Shown here piece after piece: positions 35,985-44,096 of a stretch of 64,000 nucleotides of DNA (positions are counted from its first letter, which is position 1; each line of letters begins with the position of its first letter). The stretch is taken from IMG/VR virus record IMGVR_UViG_3300045988_175656. One strand, 5' to 3'. The notes beneath the pieces are model-generated. The model did not search any database and was not told where the DNA came from. It saw only the letters and a program-made list of their open reading frames with translations. Source of the stretch: a virus. A program made the position numbers and the translations under genes.

Positions 35985-36209
35985 TTACTTATTTCCCACC
36001 ACTTCAATATATACATTGCATTTAGGATAGCATTTTTGTAACTTCCTTTGTGTTATTTCAGCCCTACTAAATGAATTATAATACTTTGGTGGGCGTGTGT
36101 CTGTATAAAACATGGTAGGTGGATTAAGGATAGGTTTATGTTTCCTATCCCACCTAACAAACACATAAGGAGTATAATTATAATTGACAAAAACCAAATA
36201 TTGTTTCAT
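35985..36209 (-). CDS. hypothetical protein
   Basis: ORF track. Confidence 0.6.
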   Translation of the reverse strand: MKQYLVFVNYNYTPYVFVRWDRKHKPILNPPTMFYTDTRPPKYYNSFSRAEITQRKLQKCYPKCNVYIEVVGNK

Positions 36210-36784
36210 ACTGCATAATATTTACCGTTTTCTAAAAATTCATATAAATTAGCTTCGCAAATTTCGTTTAAATCTTCTTCTGATATTTCATAAAAGAAAG
36301 CATATCCATAATTTTCAAATTCTTTACATTTAGCAAAATACCATGCTTTTACATTTTCTTCAACTTTTTGTAAAATTTGTTCATGTTTAGGATTTTCATA
36401 ATTATCCTCAATTTCTATACTAACTGTATGTGCATGGCAATAATGATAATCAAACTTTGTGAATTTAATTTTTGAAATATCGTCACCTGCAATTTCTTTT
36501 TGTCTCTTTGTCAAACCTTGTGTAAAGATTTTCCAAATACGTTCATCAATACCATAGGTAGGAATTTCACCATACATACAAAAGCCGTCTCCTTGACAAT
36601 AGTCCAAAGAGAAACTTACTTTTAAAGTTTCAATGCCATATTCAGACTTTAATTCTTCTAAACAATCTCTTTCAAATTCAGACGGTTCTAAATTATTAAG
36701 CCACCATTGTTTCACAACTTCTTTTGCTTCACTTGACAGTTCATTAAATTTGTAAACCTTAATTTCTTTAATTTCTGTTCTCAT
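36206..36784 (-). CDS. hypothetical protein
   Basis: ORF track, 192 aa. The N-terminal VYKFNELSSEAKE type is seen in plasmid and phage proteins, but I cannot name the family. Confidence 0.7.
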   Translation of the reverse strand: MRTEIKEIKVYKFNELSSEAKEVVKQWWLNNLEPSEFERDCLEELKSEYGIETLKVSFSLDYCQGDGFCMYGEIPTYGIDERIWKIFTQGLTKRQKEIAGDDISKIKFTKFDYHYCHAHTVSIEIEDNYENPKHEQILQKVEENVKAWYFAKCKEFENYGYAFFYEISEEDLNEICEANLYEFLENGKYYAV

Positions 36785-36931
36785 AACTCATATAATTTTT
36801 AATTGTTACTATCTTTATTTCTCTGTGACAAAGATAAGGCTTTTATTTGAATTGGCAAAATATATTAGAATATTTTTATGTTAATGATTATTAAATTTTT
36901 CACATTAATTAACAAATTAAAATTAAATATA

Positions 36932-36974
36932 TTGGAGACTATACTTTAAGATATTACTCTTACCTTTTTTCTTA
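36932..36974 (-). ncRNA. UAUAGUCUCC-element, copy 3
   Basis: Promoter TTTG(37011-37008)-20nt-TACCTTTG(36987-36980). RNA reads GGU-AAGA-GUAAUA-UCUU-AAAGUAUAGUCUCCAA. Confidence 0.6.
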
Positions 36975-37030
36975 TACAACAAAGGTACGAAATAAATCCG
37001 TACCTTACAAATTATTATGGTTAAAAGATG

Positions 37031-37192
37031 TTACCAAATACAATAATAATAGTTACCACTTCTCACAATCTCACTTGCTTTATCCCAACCGTAAAGTTTT
37101 TTCATACCTTTTAAACTCCCTGTCGTTGAGCAACTTGTATATCTCTTATCACTTAAATAAGATGATATTTTCTTTGTACTAATATATTTCAT
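37031..37192 (-). CDS. possible 53-aa micro-protein
   Basis: Unlisted ORF MKYISTKKISSYLSDKRYTSCSTTGSLKGMKKLYGWDKASEIVRSGNYYYCIW, starting 5 nt after the stop of 37197..37394. Confidence 0.4.
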   Translation of the reverse strand: MKYISTKKISSYLSDKRYTSCSTTGSLKGMKKLYGWDKASEIVRSGNYYYCIW

Positions 37193-37196
37193 AACT

Positions 37197-37394
37197 TTAA
37201 TATTTTTCGTTACATATATTTTCTATCTCTTTAATTATGTTTTCTGTACTTATACCCGTTAATACTGTTATATCAGATAACAATTTCATAAGTTTATTGT
37301 AGTTCCTACTACCTTTTACGGACAAGTCACCATTTTTCTTAAACATTTGACTTTTATTATATCCTAAAGTTTTTAAGAGTTTTTCTAAATCCAT
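37197..37394 (-). CDS. hypothetical protein
   Basis: ORF track, 65 aa. Confidence 0.55.
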   Translation of the reverse strand: MDLEKLLKTLGYNKSQMFKKNGDLSVKGSRNYNKLMKLLSDITVLTGISTENIIKEIENICNEKY

Positions 37395-37471
37395 ATTTTT
37401 AATTGTTATTTCTTATGATACAAAGGTAGGGAAATTTCTATTCCCTACCAAATATTTTATGTTAATAAGAA

Positions 37472-38191
37472 TTAATATTCTTCACTTGCTTTCATAATTC
37501 CTTCAAGAAGTGATATTTCCTTAATATCAAAAAGATAGTATTCGTCCTGTGTATCATACGAATAATCACAATTATTACATATTTGTCCTTTTGCGTTAAG
37601 ATAAATCATTGTATCAACATTAATATAATCTTCAAGTTCTTCAATACTAATTTCTTTGGTGTAGTCTAATGTTTTCCAACCGCCTAATTCATATCCTCTG
37701 CCCTCTGAAATGATATTACGCACATTATATTCATCATTTCTAAGTGAGAAGAAAGAAAGCATGGAAAGAAATTGAATACTTTCTTTTTGTTCTTTTGGGT
37801 ATGTGTGGTAACTATCATTTGATAATTGTATCATTGATAAACATTCATCTTTATAATTTTGATACATATACATTTCAATCAATAAATGTATAAATTCTAA
37901 TGATTGGCAAGATTTTCTACCATTAACAACTATGTAAAAATTACTTACAGATATTTTTAATCTCTTCAATTCCTCTAATATAAAACGTATTGCAGGAATA
38001 TTTAGAGTAGGTTCACCACCTGTAATTGTAAGGCTACCAATTGAACTAATATCTTGTAATGCTTTTGTAATATATGCTTTATGTATATTTCTTTTTTGTG
38101 CTTCACCTCTTAAACAATGCGCACATTTCATATTACATTTGCGTGTTACTTCAATTGCCAATTCATTTAAAATTAATTTCTTCTTTTCCAT
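37472..38191 (-). CDS. radical SAM enzyme (short, possible C-terminal twitch/SPASM-like remnant)
   Basis: CNMKCAHC (CxxxCxxC) at residues 19-26, within IEVTRKCNMKCAHCLRG. Also has the LTITGGEPTL SAM-binding motif and a C-terminal NAKGQICNNC. Confidence 0.8.
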   Translation of the reverse strand: MEKKKLILNELAIEVTRKCNMKCAHCLRGEAQKRNIHKAYITKALQDISSIGSLTITGGEPTLNIPAIRFILEELKRLKISVSNFYIVVNGRKSCQSLEFIHLLIEMYMYQNYKDECLSMIQLSNDSYHTYPKEQKESIQFLSMLSFFSLRNDEYNVRNIISEGRGYELGGWKTLDYTKEISIEELEDYINVDTMIYLNAKGQICNNCDYSYDTQDEYYLFDIKEISLLEGIMKASEEY

Positions 38192-38333
38192 AACTTATTA
38201 TCTTTAATTGTTTGATACAAAGGTATGGTTTTTATTTGAATTATGCAAGCATTTATCATATTATTTTGTGTTAATAAAAGTTAATAGATTATAGTTAAAA
38301 TTATATAAAATTAACAAAAATGCTACTGATATG

Positions 38334-38382
38334 TTGGAGACTATACTCTAATATTTTACTATTACCTATCATTTATTTCTGA
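38334..38382 (-). ncRNA. UAUAGUCUCC-element, copy 4
   Basis: Promoter TTTG(38419-38416)-20nt-TATCTTTG(38395-38388). RNA reads GGU-AAUA-GUAAAA-UAUU-AGAGUAUAGUCUCCAA. Confidence 0.6.
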
Positions 38383-38443
38383 TAATACAAAGATAAGGAT
38401 AATAAATGGAATTACCAAATTATTATCCTTATTAAATGTTAAT

Positions 38444-38701
38444 TTATTTTTTATATATGTGTTCTTCCATAATTAGGCGACCATTTAAATCGTATGTGCG
38501 TTTAATGACTTCATCACTGTGAAATATTTCAGCAATTGAAATTGCTTTATCATCACTTTTACATTTTATTTGTGTGAAGTTTTCGCATAATACTTGTGTT
38601 CTGCCCCAATTGATTAGCCCAACATATCTATTATTTGGAATAAAACCTTTAGCACGTGTTTTAATTGCATAATAAACACCTTTAAAAACTCTTTTACTCA
38701 T
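38444..38701 (-). CDS. hypothetical protein
   Basis: ORF track. Confidence 0.6.
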   Translation of the reverse strand: MSKRVFKGVYYAIKTRAKGFIPNNRYVGLINWGRTQVLCENFTQIKCKSDDKAISIAEIFHSDEVIKRTYDLNGRLIMEEHIYKK

Positions 38702-38728
38702 AACTATACATTTTTAATTGTTACAAAT

Positions 38729-38941
38729 TTACCATATTCTTATGTTATAATCATTGAAATAGTTTTCAAGTTCTTTCAAGCCCTCTAAACTATGAATACC
38801 ACCATTTTTATCTTTTACTTCAATATCAATAGTTTCGCCATAGTCATTTGTTAATGCTATTTCAGAAGTAGAGAAAACCTCTTTTACAATGTTTACTACT
38901 TCATCATTATTCTTTTTCCCTTTTACGATATTTAATTTCAT
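38729..38941 (-). CDS. hypothetical protein
   Basis: ORF track. Confidence 0.6.
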   Translation of the reverse strand: MKLNIVKGKKNNDEVVNIVKEVFSTSEIALTNDYGETIDIEVKDKNGGIHSLEGLKELENYFNDYNIRIW

Positions 38942-39083
38942 AACTTAAAACTTTTAATTGTTAATACTATATGTTCTTTTTCTATATTACAAAGATACAA
39001 TAATCATTTGATATATGAAAGTATTTTGTGTTAATGAATATAAATTAATTCTTAAAAAATGTTAACTACTACTTGCGTTGAGG

Positions 39084-39126
39084 CTTATAAAAATAGGGCT
39101 ATCTATTCATCACGAACTGATAACCC
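39084..39126 (-). terminator. intrinsic terminator after 39159..39881
   Basis: Minus sense reads GGGUUAUC-N15-GAUAGCCC (39126-39096), followed by UAUUUUUAU. Confidence 0.55.
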
Positions 39127-39158
39127 TTTCTAACAATTAAAAATATTAGTTATGAAAA

Positions 39159-39881
39159 CTAAATTATATTTTCCGTTAAGAATTTTTCCCCTTTTAAGTG
39201 TCTTATGTGCCCCTCATTATAAGTCATTGGTTTGGGATTAATAAAACAACTTTCAAAAGTAAATCTCGTATGTTTTCTATTATCTTGATTTTTATCAATG
39301 TTTTGTGTTTTAATGAATGAAGAGAAATACTGTTGAGTTAAATCATTTATTTTTACATCACCATTAAATTCCATATCAACATTACCATTTTGTGTAATAT
39401 ATTGTGGCATTCCGTTTGGTGCTTTTACCAATACACTATCTTGATTATACTTCTTACATAGATTAATTGCAAGATTTTTTAAAGCGTTAAAATCCTTTTC
39501 ATTTCCATTTCTATCGAAATTTAACACAATGTAAGAAGTTTCATATACTTGTTTTTCATTTTCAGTTCCTTTGTTTTCAATAAAACCACCAAAAACAGGT
39601 ACAAATGAAAATCCAGAATTTTTAATATCATTTAATAATTGTTTAGATAATTTATTATTGGTTTGATTATCATTTTCTCCACGAGAAGCTGATATGATTA
39701 TAAAACCGTTATTATAATGTTTACCTAACAATCTATCAACCGTCATTTCATTTAAAGGCTGTAAAGGAAATGTATTGGTATCACCTACTTCCATATATTC
39801 TTTGATAAGATTATATTGTTTAGCTAAATTAGTATTACATAACTTATCAAATTGTTCATTTATATTTTTTAAAATAGTCAT
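39159..39881 (-). CDS. hypothetical protein
   Basis: ORF track, 240 aa. Confidence 0.7.
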   Translation of the reverse strand: MTILKNINEQFDKLCNTNLAKQYNLIKEYMEVGDTNTFPLQPLNEMTVDRLLGKHYNNGFIIISASRGENDNQTNNKLSKQLLNDIKNSGFSFVPVFGGFIENKGTENEKQVYETSYIVLNFDRNGNEKDFNALKNLAINLCKKYNQDSVLVKAPNGMPQYITQNGNVDMEFNGDVKINDLTQQYFSSFIKTQNIDKNQDNRKHTRFTFESCFINPKPMTYNEGHIRHLKGEKFLTENII

Positions 39882-39910
39882 AATTTATCTAATTTTATTA
39901 TATAAATAGT

Positions 39911-39994
39911 AGCTCTGATGGGAGTCGAACCCACACGTCTATAAAGACCTCAGTGTTTGAGACTGATGCGTACTACCAATTTCGCCACAGAGCC
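39911..39994 (-). tRNA. tRNA-Leu (anticodon CAA), type II with long variable arm
   Basis: The minus sense folds as a cloverleaf: GGCTCTG-TG-GCG-AAATTGGTAGTA-CGC-A-TCAGT-CTCAAAC-ACTGA-GGTCTTTATAGACGT-GTGGG-TTCGACT-CCCAT-CAGAGCT. The anticodon CAA is at 39959-39957. The T-loop is TTCGACT. There is a 15-nt variable arm and no encoded CCA. Confidence 0.85.
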
Positions 39995-40000
39995 ATTTTA

Positions 40001-40086
40001 AATAAGGGAAGAAGCGATGATTGTATTTGCTGATTATCAATCGGATTAGACATTAAAAGTTATTAAAATGCTTATCTTCCCTTATT
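40001..40086 (-). repeat. 12-bp inverted repeat enclosing 62 nt, 6 nt upstream of the tRNA
   Basis: Arms are AATAAGGGAAGA (40001-40012) and TCTTCCCTTATT (40075-40086). There is no ORF. It is co-oriented with, and presumably co-transcribed with, the tRNA. Confidence 0.6.
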
Positions 40087-40096
40087 ATATTTTAGA

Positions 40097-40111
40097 TACT
40101 CAATTGAGTAC
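40097..40111 (-). promoter_or_regulatory. GTACTCAWWTGAGTA hairpin/palindrome, copy f
   Basis: Minus sense reads GTACTCAATTGAGTA, beginning 1 nt after the TAA of 40113..40562. Confidence 0.55.
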
Positions 40112-40112
40112 T

Positions 40113-40562
40113 TTAAATCTTTTTATGCTCATTATACTTGTTAAGTATCTGTTTTGCACGTGAAGTTGTGAAACCTTTTTCATTGTATGTTTCAGCCATA
40201 ATAGCCACACACTGATTAAAGATACTTTCAACATTGGCAGCACAAACATTTACTTTCGGTGTGGAAAGCTGTTCTTTCAACTTTTGAATTTCAAGTTTAA
40301 GCTCTTTATTTTCAAGAGACAATTCCTTGTTTTTCTTTGCCAAAAGTTGTGCATTTTCTCCGTCTGCAATGTGCGACAAGATGTTCATAATACTTTCTTT
40401 CTGTTGGATAAGACGCTTGTTAATTTCGTCTTTATTCCAAATGTTACACATTGGAAGTTTGATAACAAGGTTATCATTGTACTTAACATCTACACTGTTT
40501 CCGTTCTTTTCAACTGTAAAGAATGCGAAACTTGTCTGAAATGGAAATTTTTCTGTTGCCAT
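40113..40562 (-). CDS. hypothetical coiled-coil protein
   Basis: ORF track; LENKELKLEIQKLKEQL heptads. The plus ORFs 40284..40769 and 40327..40539 are shadows. Confidence 0.65.
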   Translation of the reverse strand: MATEKFPFQTSFAFFTVEKNGNSVDVKYNDNLVIKLPMCNIWNKDEINKRLIQQKESIMNILSHIADGENAQLLAKKNKELSLENKELKLEIQKLKEQLSTPKVNVCAANVESIFNQCVAIMAETYNEKGFTTSRAKQILNKYNEHKKI

Positions 40563-40600
40563 AATCTAATACTTTTAAAATTGTTTTTAATATATTACCT

Positions 40601-40615
40601 AACTCATTTGAGTAC
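40601..40615 (-). promoter_or_regulatory. GTACTCAWWTGAGT hairpin, copy g (inside a 5' UTR)
   Basis: Minus sense reads GTACTCAAATGAGTT. It lies between the TACCTTTG promoter (about 40640) and the ATG at 40562, so it is transcribed. Confidence 0.55.
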
Positions 40616-40672
40616 GTCTATCTCTTATTTTGATATTACAAAGGTAAGAACTTTCTCTGACATATCCAAATT

Positions 40673-40909
40673 TTATTTGTTAATTTTTTCCCAAAGTTCG
40701 TTAAAGGAATTAAACTTTATCATTTGTCCGTCTTTTTCAAAAGCAAGTGCAGTTTCTTTTCTTTCTTGATAGGTATCTCCATACCCTTGAAACGCATCCA
40801 CACATATAGAACAATTGTTATCAATTGTTAAAATGGCTCGTCCTTGTTTACCAATTGATTTCAAACCTTTTCCTTTTACGCCCTCATGTTCTATTAATAA
40901 ATTTGCCAT
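40673..40909 (-). CDS. hypothetical protein
   Basis: ORF track. Confidence 0.6.
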   Translation of the reverse strand: MANLLIEHEGVKGKGLKSIGKQGRAILTIDNNCSICVDAFQGYGDTYQERKETALAFEKDGQMIKFNSFNELWEKINK

Positions 40910-40918
40910 GATACAGTA

Positions 40919-41095
40919 TTATTTAGATGAAACATCAATTAAGAATGTACCTTTACTAATTGTAGTCGTATTGGTAATGCGGAAATTTCTTTTTTCGCAA
41001 TAGTCCTCTACTTCTTCATAAGAAGAAAAACGCTTACCATTTACAATGTACTTTTCTCTCTGTTTTGAACTTTTCATTTTCTCAAAATTTTTCAT
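40919..41095 (-). CDS. 58-aa hypothetical protein
   Basis: Unlisted ORF MKNFEKMKSSKQREKYIVNGKRFSSYEEVEDYCEKRNFRITNTTTISKGTFLIDVSSK. It has the AACAATTAAAGATTATATGATATG-type leader and a promoter upstream. Confidence 0.45.
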   Translation of the reverse strand: MKNFEKMKSSKQREKYIVNGKRFSSYEEVEDYCEKRNFRITNTTTISKGTFLIDVSSK

Positions 41096-41167
41096 ATCAT
41101 ATAATCTTTAATTGTTTAATGCAAAGGTAAGCATTTAAAACTTACCTTGCAAATTTTCAGTGATTAT

Positions 41168-41821
41168 TTAACTTTTTAATGCTTGCTTTAACAGATATTT
41201 GTTAATGTAAGGAAATGTTTTGTTTAATTCCATTTCTTCCATAAAAAGTTTTAAAATATCATAATAAGTTTCATATTGTTTTGCGGCTTCTTTACAAGTG
41301 TCATTTATACCGTTAATAGCGTTTGTTGTGTACACATTTGAGTACATGATAACGCTTTTTACCTTGTTAAAGTTTTCTTCATCAAAATAATACACATCTT
41401 TTTCATTTGTTTGGTGTTTCACCTCAATAAATGAAATATCAAAACATGACATCAATTCAGTTAAAAAATAGCCACATCTTTCAAGTTTGATAGTACGCTT
41501 TTTACTATCAATTTTTTCAATGATGTTATAAAATCTATTTACCATATAAATTTCGGGATTGCAGATAGCAAATAACATCACATCAGGTATATTAATAACT
41601 TTTAACAAAGGCAAAGTCCTTTTCCATGTTGGTTCATTGTACATATAATTTACCACAGGGTGTATTTTTCTTAATTCAGATTGAAAACGGTTGTTAAACT
41701 CTTCATCTAAATTAATAGAATAGCCTAAACTTTTTGCATAGGCTTCAATACATTCTTTATCCATTATCATTTTGTTTGATAACTCTGATAAACTATTAAT
41801 TACTTCTTCTCGATTTTTCAT
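41168..41821 (-). CDS. hypothetical protein
   Basis: ORF track, 217 aa. It contains a near-copy of the hairpin motif (41339-41354, GTACTCAAATGTGTAC in sense) that encodes MYSNV. Confidence 0.7.
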   Translation of the reverse strand: MKNREEVINSLSELSNKMIMDKECIEAYAKSLGYSINLDEEFNNRFQSELRKIHPVVNYMYNEPTWKRTLPLLKVINIPDVMLFAICNPEIYMVNRFYNIIEKIDSKKRTIKLERCGYFLTELMSCFDISFIEVKHQTNEKDVYYFDEENFNKVKSVIMYSNVYTTNAINGINDTCKEAAKQYETYYDILKLFMEEMELNKTFPYINKYLLKQALKS

Positions 41822-42070
41822 AAACTTATATGTTTTAATTGTTTAGTGCAAATGTAGGGCATTTTTTTGAAACTACCAAATTTTAGACCTTTTTTTAACT
41901 TACTTTCACACATAATTCATTTTTAGTTAAATTCACATAAAGTATGTCTATTGTTAATAAATCTTAACAACAGTCTATCTCTACATAGGTGCGAAGTTAC
42001 AAAATACTTTTCATATAAGCAAGTGTTTTAACATTTTTTAGTGTTTATTAACTATTAATGTTAAAATATA

Positions 42071-42114
42071 TTGGAGACTATACTTTAGTATTTTACTACT
42101 ACCTTTTCTTTTTC
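42071..42114 (-). ncRNA. UAUAGUCUCC-element, copy 5
   Basis: -7 box TATCTTTG (42127-42120), with a weaker -33 (CTTG). RNA reads GGU-AGUA-GUAAAA-UACU-AAAGUAUAGUCUCCAA. Confidence 0.55.
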
Positions 42115-42312
42115 TATATCAAAGATAAGGGAAATAATTGATATATACAAGTGTTTAACAGAGATTAACGTAATGTATTTTTATATGGCTTATATCAATG
42201 CTAAAAATGTATTTTAATGTTAATGAATGTAATTTGCTTGCGTATGTCAATTATAAATCTTACATTTGCATATCAAAATTAAAGAAGTACTAACAATTAA
42301 AGATTTAAAGTT

Positions 42313-42579
42313 ATGGATAGTTATAAAACAATTGAGAGCAGAGTTTTTGAAACGGTTGAAAATGCCATCAAAAATGATATAAGATATAAAGACTATTTTA
42401 TAATAGTTCGTAGTGATAATTCTTATTATGTAGTTGGCAAAGATATAATTACATTAAATCTTATTTTAGATAAGGCTGTTAAAAATATATTTCGTTTTGA
42501 TAATAGCGAGCTTGACTATATTTTATCATCACTTGTTCGTAGTGGTTTTAGAGTAGCAATTATCGAGAGTGAAAAATAA
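42313..42579 (+). CDS. hypothetical protein (weak MutS-domain-I-like motif)
   Basis: First gene of the plus arm. DYFIIVRSDNSYYVVGKDIITLNLIL...LDYILSSLVRSGFRVAIIES resembles the MutS N-terminal pattern (FYE.fg.DA...L...LT...Yl..L...G.kVAI.EQ). This rests on motif only. Confidence 0.6.
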   Translation: MDSYKTIESRVFETVENAIKNDIRYKDYFIIVRSDNSYYVVGKDIITLNLILDKAVKNIFRFDNSELDYILSSLVRSGFRVAIIESEK

Positions 42580-42595
42580 TGTTCCACGTGAAACA
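42580..42595 (+). promoter_or_regulatory. TGTTCCACGTGRAACA palindrome, copy 1
   Basis: TGTTCCACGTGAAACA, 8 nt before the ATG at 42604. Confidence 0.55.
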
Positions 42596-42603
42596 ATTTA
42601 GTT

Positions 42604-42867
42604 ATGGAAAATAGAGAAGTTAAAGATATTGCAATAATCGCAAATTTATTAGACGGAAAAGTTAAATTCCGTAAAATCGAATGGTCTCAAATATTAATGG
42701 GTAAACATGGAGAAAGTTTTAATGATTTGTACTTTATTGGGAAAAAACATGGAGTATATTTTTATACAAGTAGAGCGAGTTTAGATAGATTATGTTATCT
42801 TAACAATAAAGATATGCCTACTTATGTGGTTTGTGAAGAAAGTAAAAATGTTTTTAAAATAGAATAA
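42604..42867 (+). CDS. hypothetical protein
   Basis: ORF track. Confidence 0.65.
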   Translation: MENREVKDIAIIANLLDGKVKFRKIEWSQILMGKHGESFNDLYFIGKKHGVYFYTSRASLDRLCYLNNKDMPTYVVCEESKNVFKIE

Positions 42868-42918
42868 AAAAAAAATTAACTTGTTTTCAATTGCTATTGA
42901 TTTTAAATTAATACATAA

Positions 42919-43029
42919 TAGTTAGGGCTTGTGAAAGTCTTAACTATTTTTTTAATTTTTTAACTAAAAAAGTTAATATCTGTTGGAGACTATACTCTAT
43001 ATTATTACATATACCTTTTTATTTTTTCT
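42919..43029 (-). ncRNA. UAUAGUCUCC-element, copy 6 (stand-alone unit, antisense to the plus arm)
   Basis: Leftward promoter TTTG(43066-43063)-20nt-TACATTTG(43042-43035). RNA reads GG-UAUAU-GUAAUA-AUAUA-GAGUAUAGUCUCCAA (core 42983-43015). It runs into the 12-bp hairpin 42919-42946, which also terminates 42604..42867. Confidence 0.6.
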
Positions 43030-43240
43030 TTATACAAATGTAAGCATTATATTTGATATATGCAAATTATTATCTAATTATTTTCTCTAAATTAAGTTTT
43101 ATTAATACAAAAATTGTTTTGTGTTAATGAATAATAAAAGAAAGTGCAAATGTATTGTAGTCTCAAATAAAGTTCTTATATTTGCAGTGTTGAAAGACAA
43201 AAGAATAAATTATATAATCAAACATTTAAAAATTATAGTT

Positions 43241-43921
43241 ATGAAAGAAGTAAATTTTGTATTGTATTTTGGAGCAAACAGAGGTAAAAATGCTTTGAAT
43301 AATCCTCAAACTGTGACAACTCATGCTAATTGTGATGCGGTTACACGTGAAAAAGAAAATCTTTTTAAAGCGATTTATGGCTACTTAGTTGAATTGTCTG
43401 ATATGGGTATCAGTTATGCAGATACGTTTTATCATCCTTCGCAAACTTGTTTTACAGTGTATCAAACAACCTTAGTAGAACCTACTGTTTATGTGAAATC
43501 TTTGGAAAATAACCAAGTAGGAATTTTTGTCAAAGGTTTGGAAAGAAAAACCGATATTGAGTTTAACTTTTTGCTTGATATGGAAATACATATCACCACA
43601 TTAAGAAACCTTTCAAAAGCGGTTTATTTTGCTCTTTTACACGCAAAGAAAGATGCTGCAAATAAAGCTCGTGAAGAAGAAGAAAAACGTCAAAAAGAAG
43701 AAAAAGAACTTTTTGAAATGTTTGTAAATAATTCTCCTTACATACAAATGAACTTGAAAAGTCGTGATGAATTGTTATCACAGATTATTCAGTTGGAACA
43801 ACTTTTGAACAAAAGAGACAGAGAGTTTTTAACTAATTTAAGTGAACACATGGAAAAGTTAAGCGGAAAAGAAACAGCGGAACGTTTTGTTAAGTTCATG
43901 CAAGAAAAGCTAAATTCATAA
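43241..43921 (+). CDS. hypothetical protein with E/K-rich coiled coil
   Basis: Start trimmed to MKEVNFVLYF (ATG 43241), which follows a TATATTTG box near 43170. Contains KAREEEEKRQKEEKE. Confidence 0.65.
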   Translation: MKEVNFVLYFGANRGKNALNNPQTVTTHANCDAVTREKENLFKAIYGYLVELSDMGISYADTFYHPSQTCFTVYQTTLVEPTVYVKSLENNQVGIFVKGLERKTDIEFNFLLDMEIHITTLRNLSKAVYFALLHAKKDAANKAREEEEKRQKEEKELFEMFVNNSPYIQMNLKSRDELLSQIIQLEQLLNKRDREFLTNLSEHMEKLSGKETAERFVKFMQEKLNS

Positions 43922-43943
43922 CTTTAAATATTGTTAATTAATT

Positions 43944-43985
43944 AAAGAAAGTCTGCTATCTGTTTGGATATGTCAGACTTTCTTT
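43944..43985 (+). terminator. 12-bp hairpin overlapping the next promoter spacer
   Basis: AAAGAAAGTCTG-N18-CAGACTTTCTTT. The 3' arm runs into TATCTTTG (43987-43994). Confidence 0.6.
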
Positions 43986-44000
43986 TTATCTTTGTATATC

Positions 44001-44096
44001 GAAAATAAAAAAGTAATAGTAAAATATTAGAGTATAGTCTCCAACAGGTAAAATATAAAACTGTTAATGAATGTGAATTTTTTAATAATCATTAAC
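44001..44096 (+). ncRNA. UAUAGUCUCC-element, copy 7
   Basis: RNA reads AGU-AAUA-GUAAAA-UAUU-AGAGUAUAGUCUCCAA (to 44046), followed by the hairpin GTTAATGA/TCATTAAC (44063-44096). Confidence 0.6.

Noticed and set aside
39131-39154. A plus-strand copy of the conserved leader (TAACAATTAAAAATATTAGTT-ATG) that would start a plus-strand gene inside the minus arm.
   Set aside because: The ORF it would start runs antisense through the 3' end of the well-supported 39159..39881 gene and is short and low-complexity. No plus-strand promoter precedes it. It is probably a chance or relic match.
40001-40086. A second tRNA. The 7-bp terminal stem plus 62-nt interior totals 76 nt.
   Set aside because: No D-arm or anticodon-arm pairing can be drawn in either orientation, and there is no T-loop (GTTCRANYC). 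It is kept only as an inverted-repeat element.
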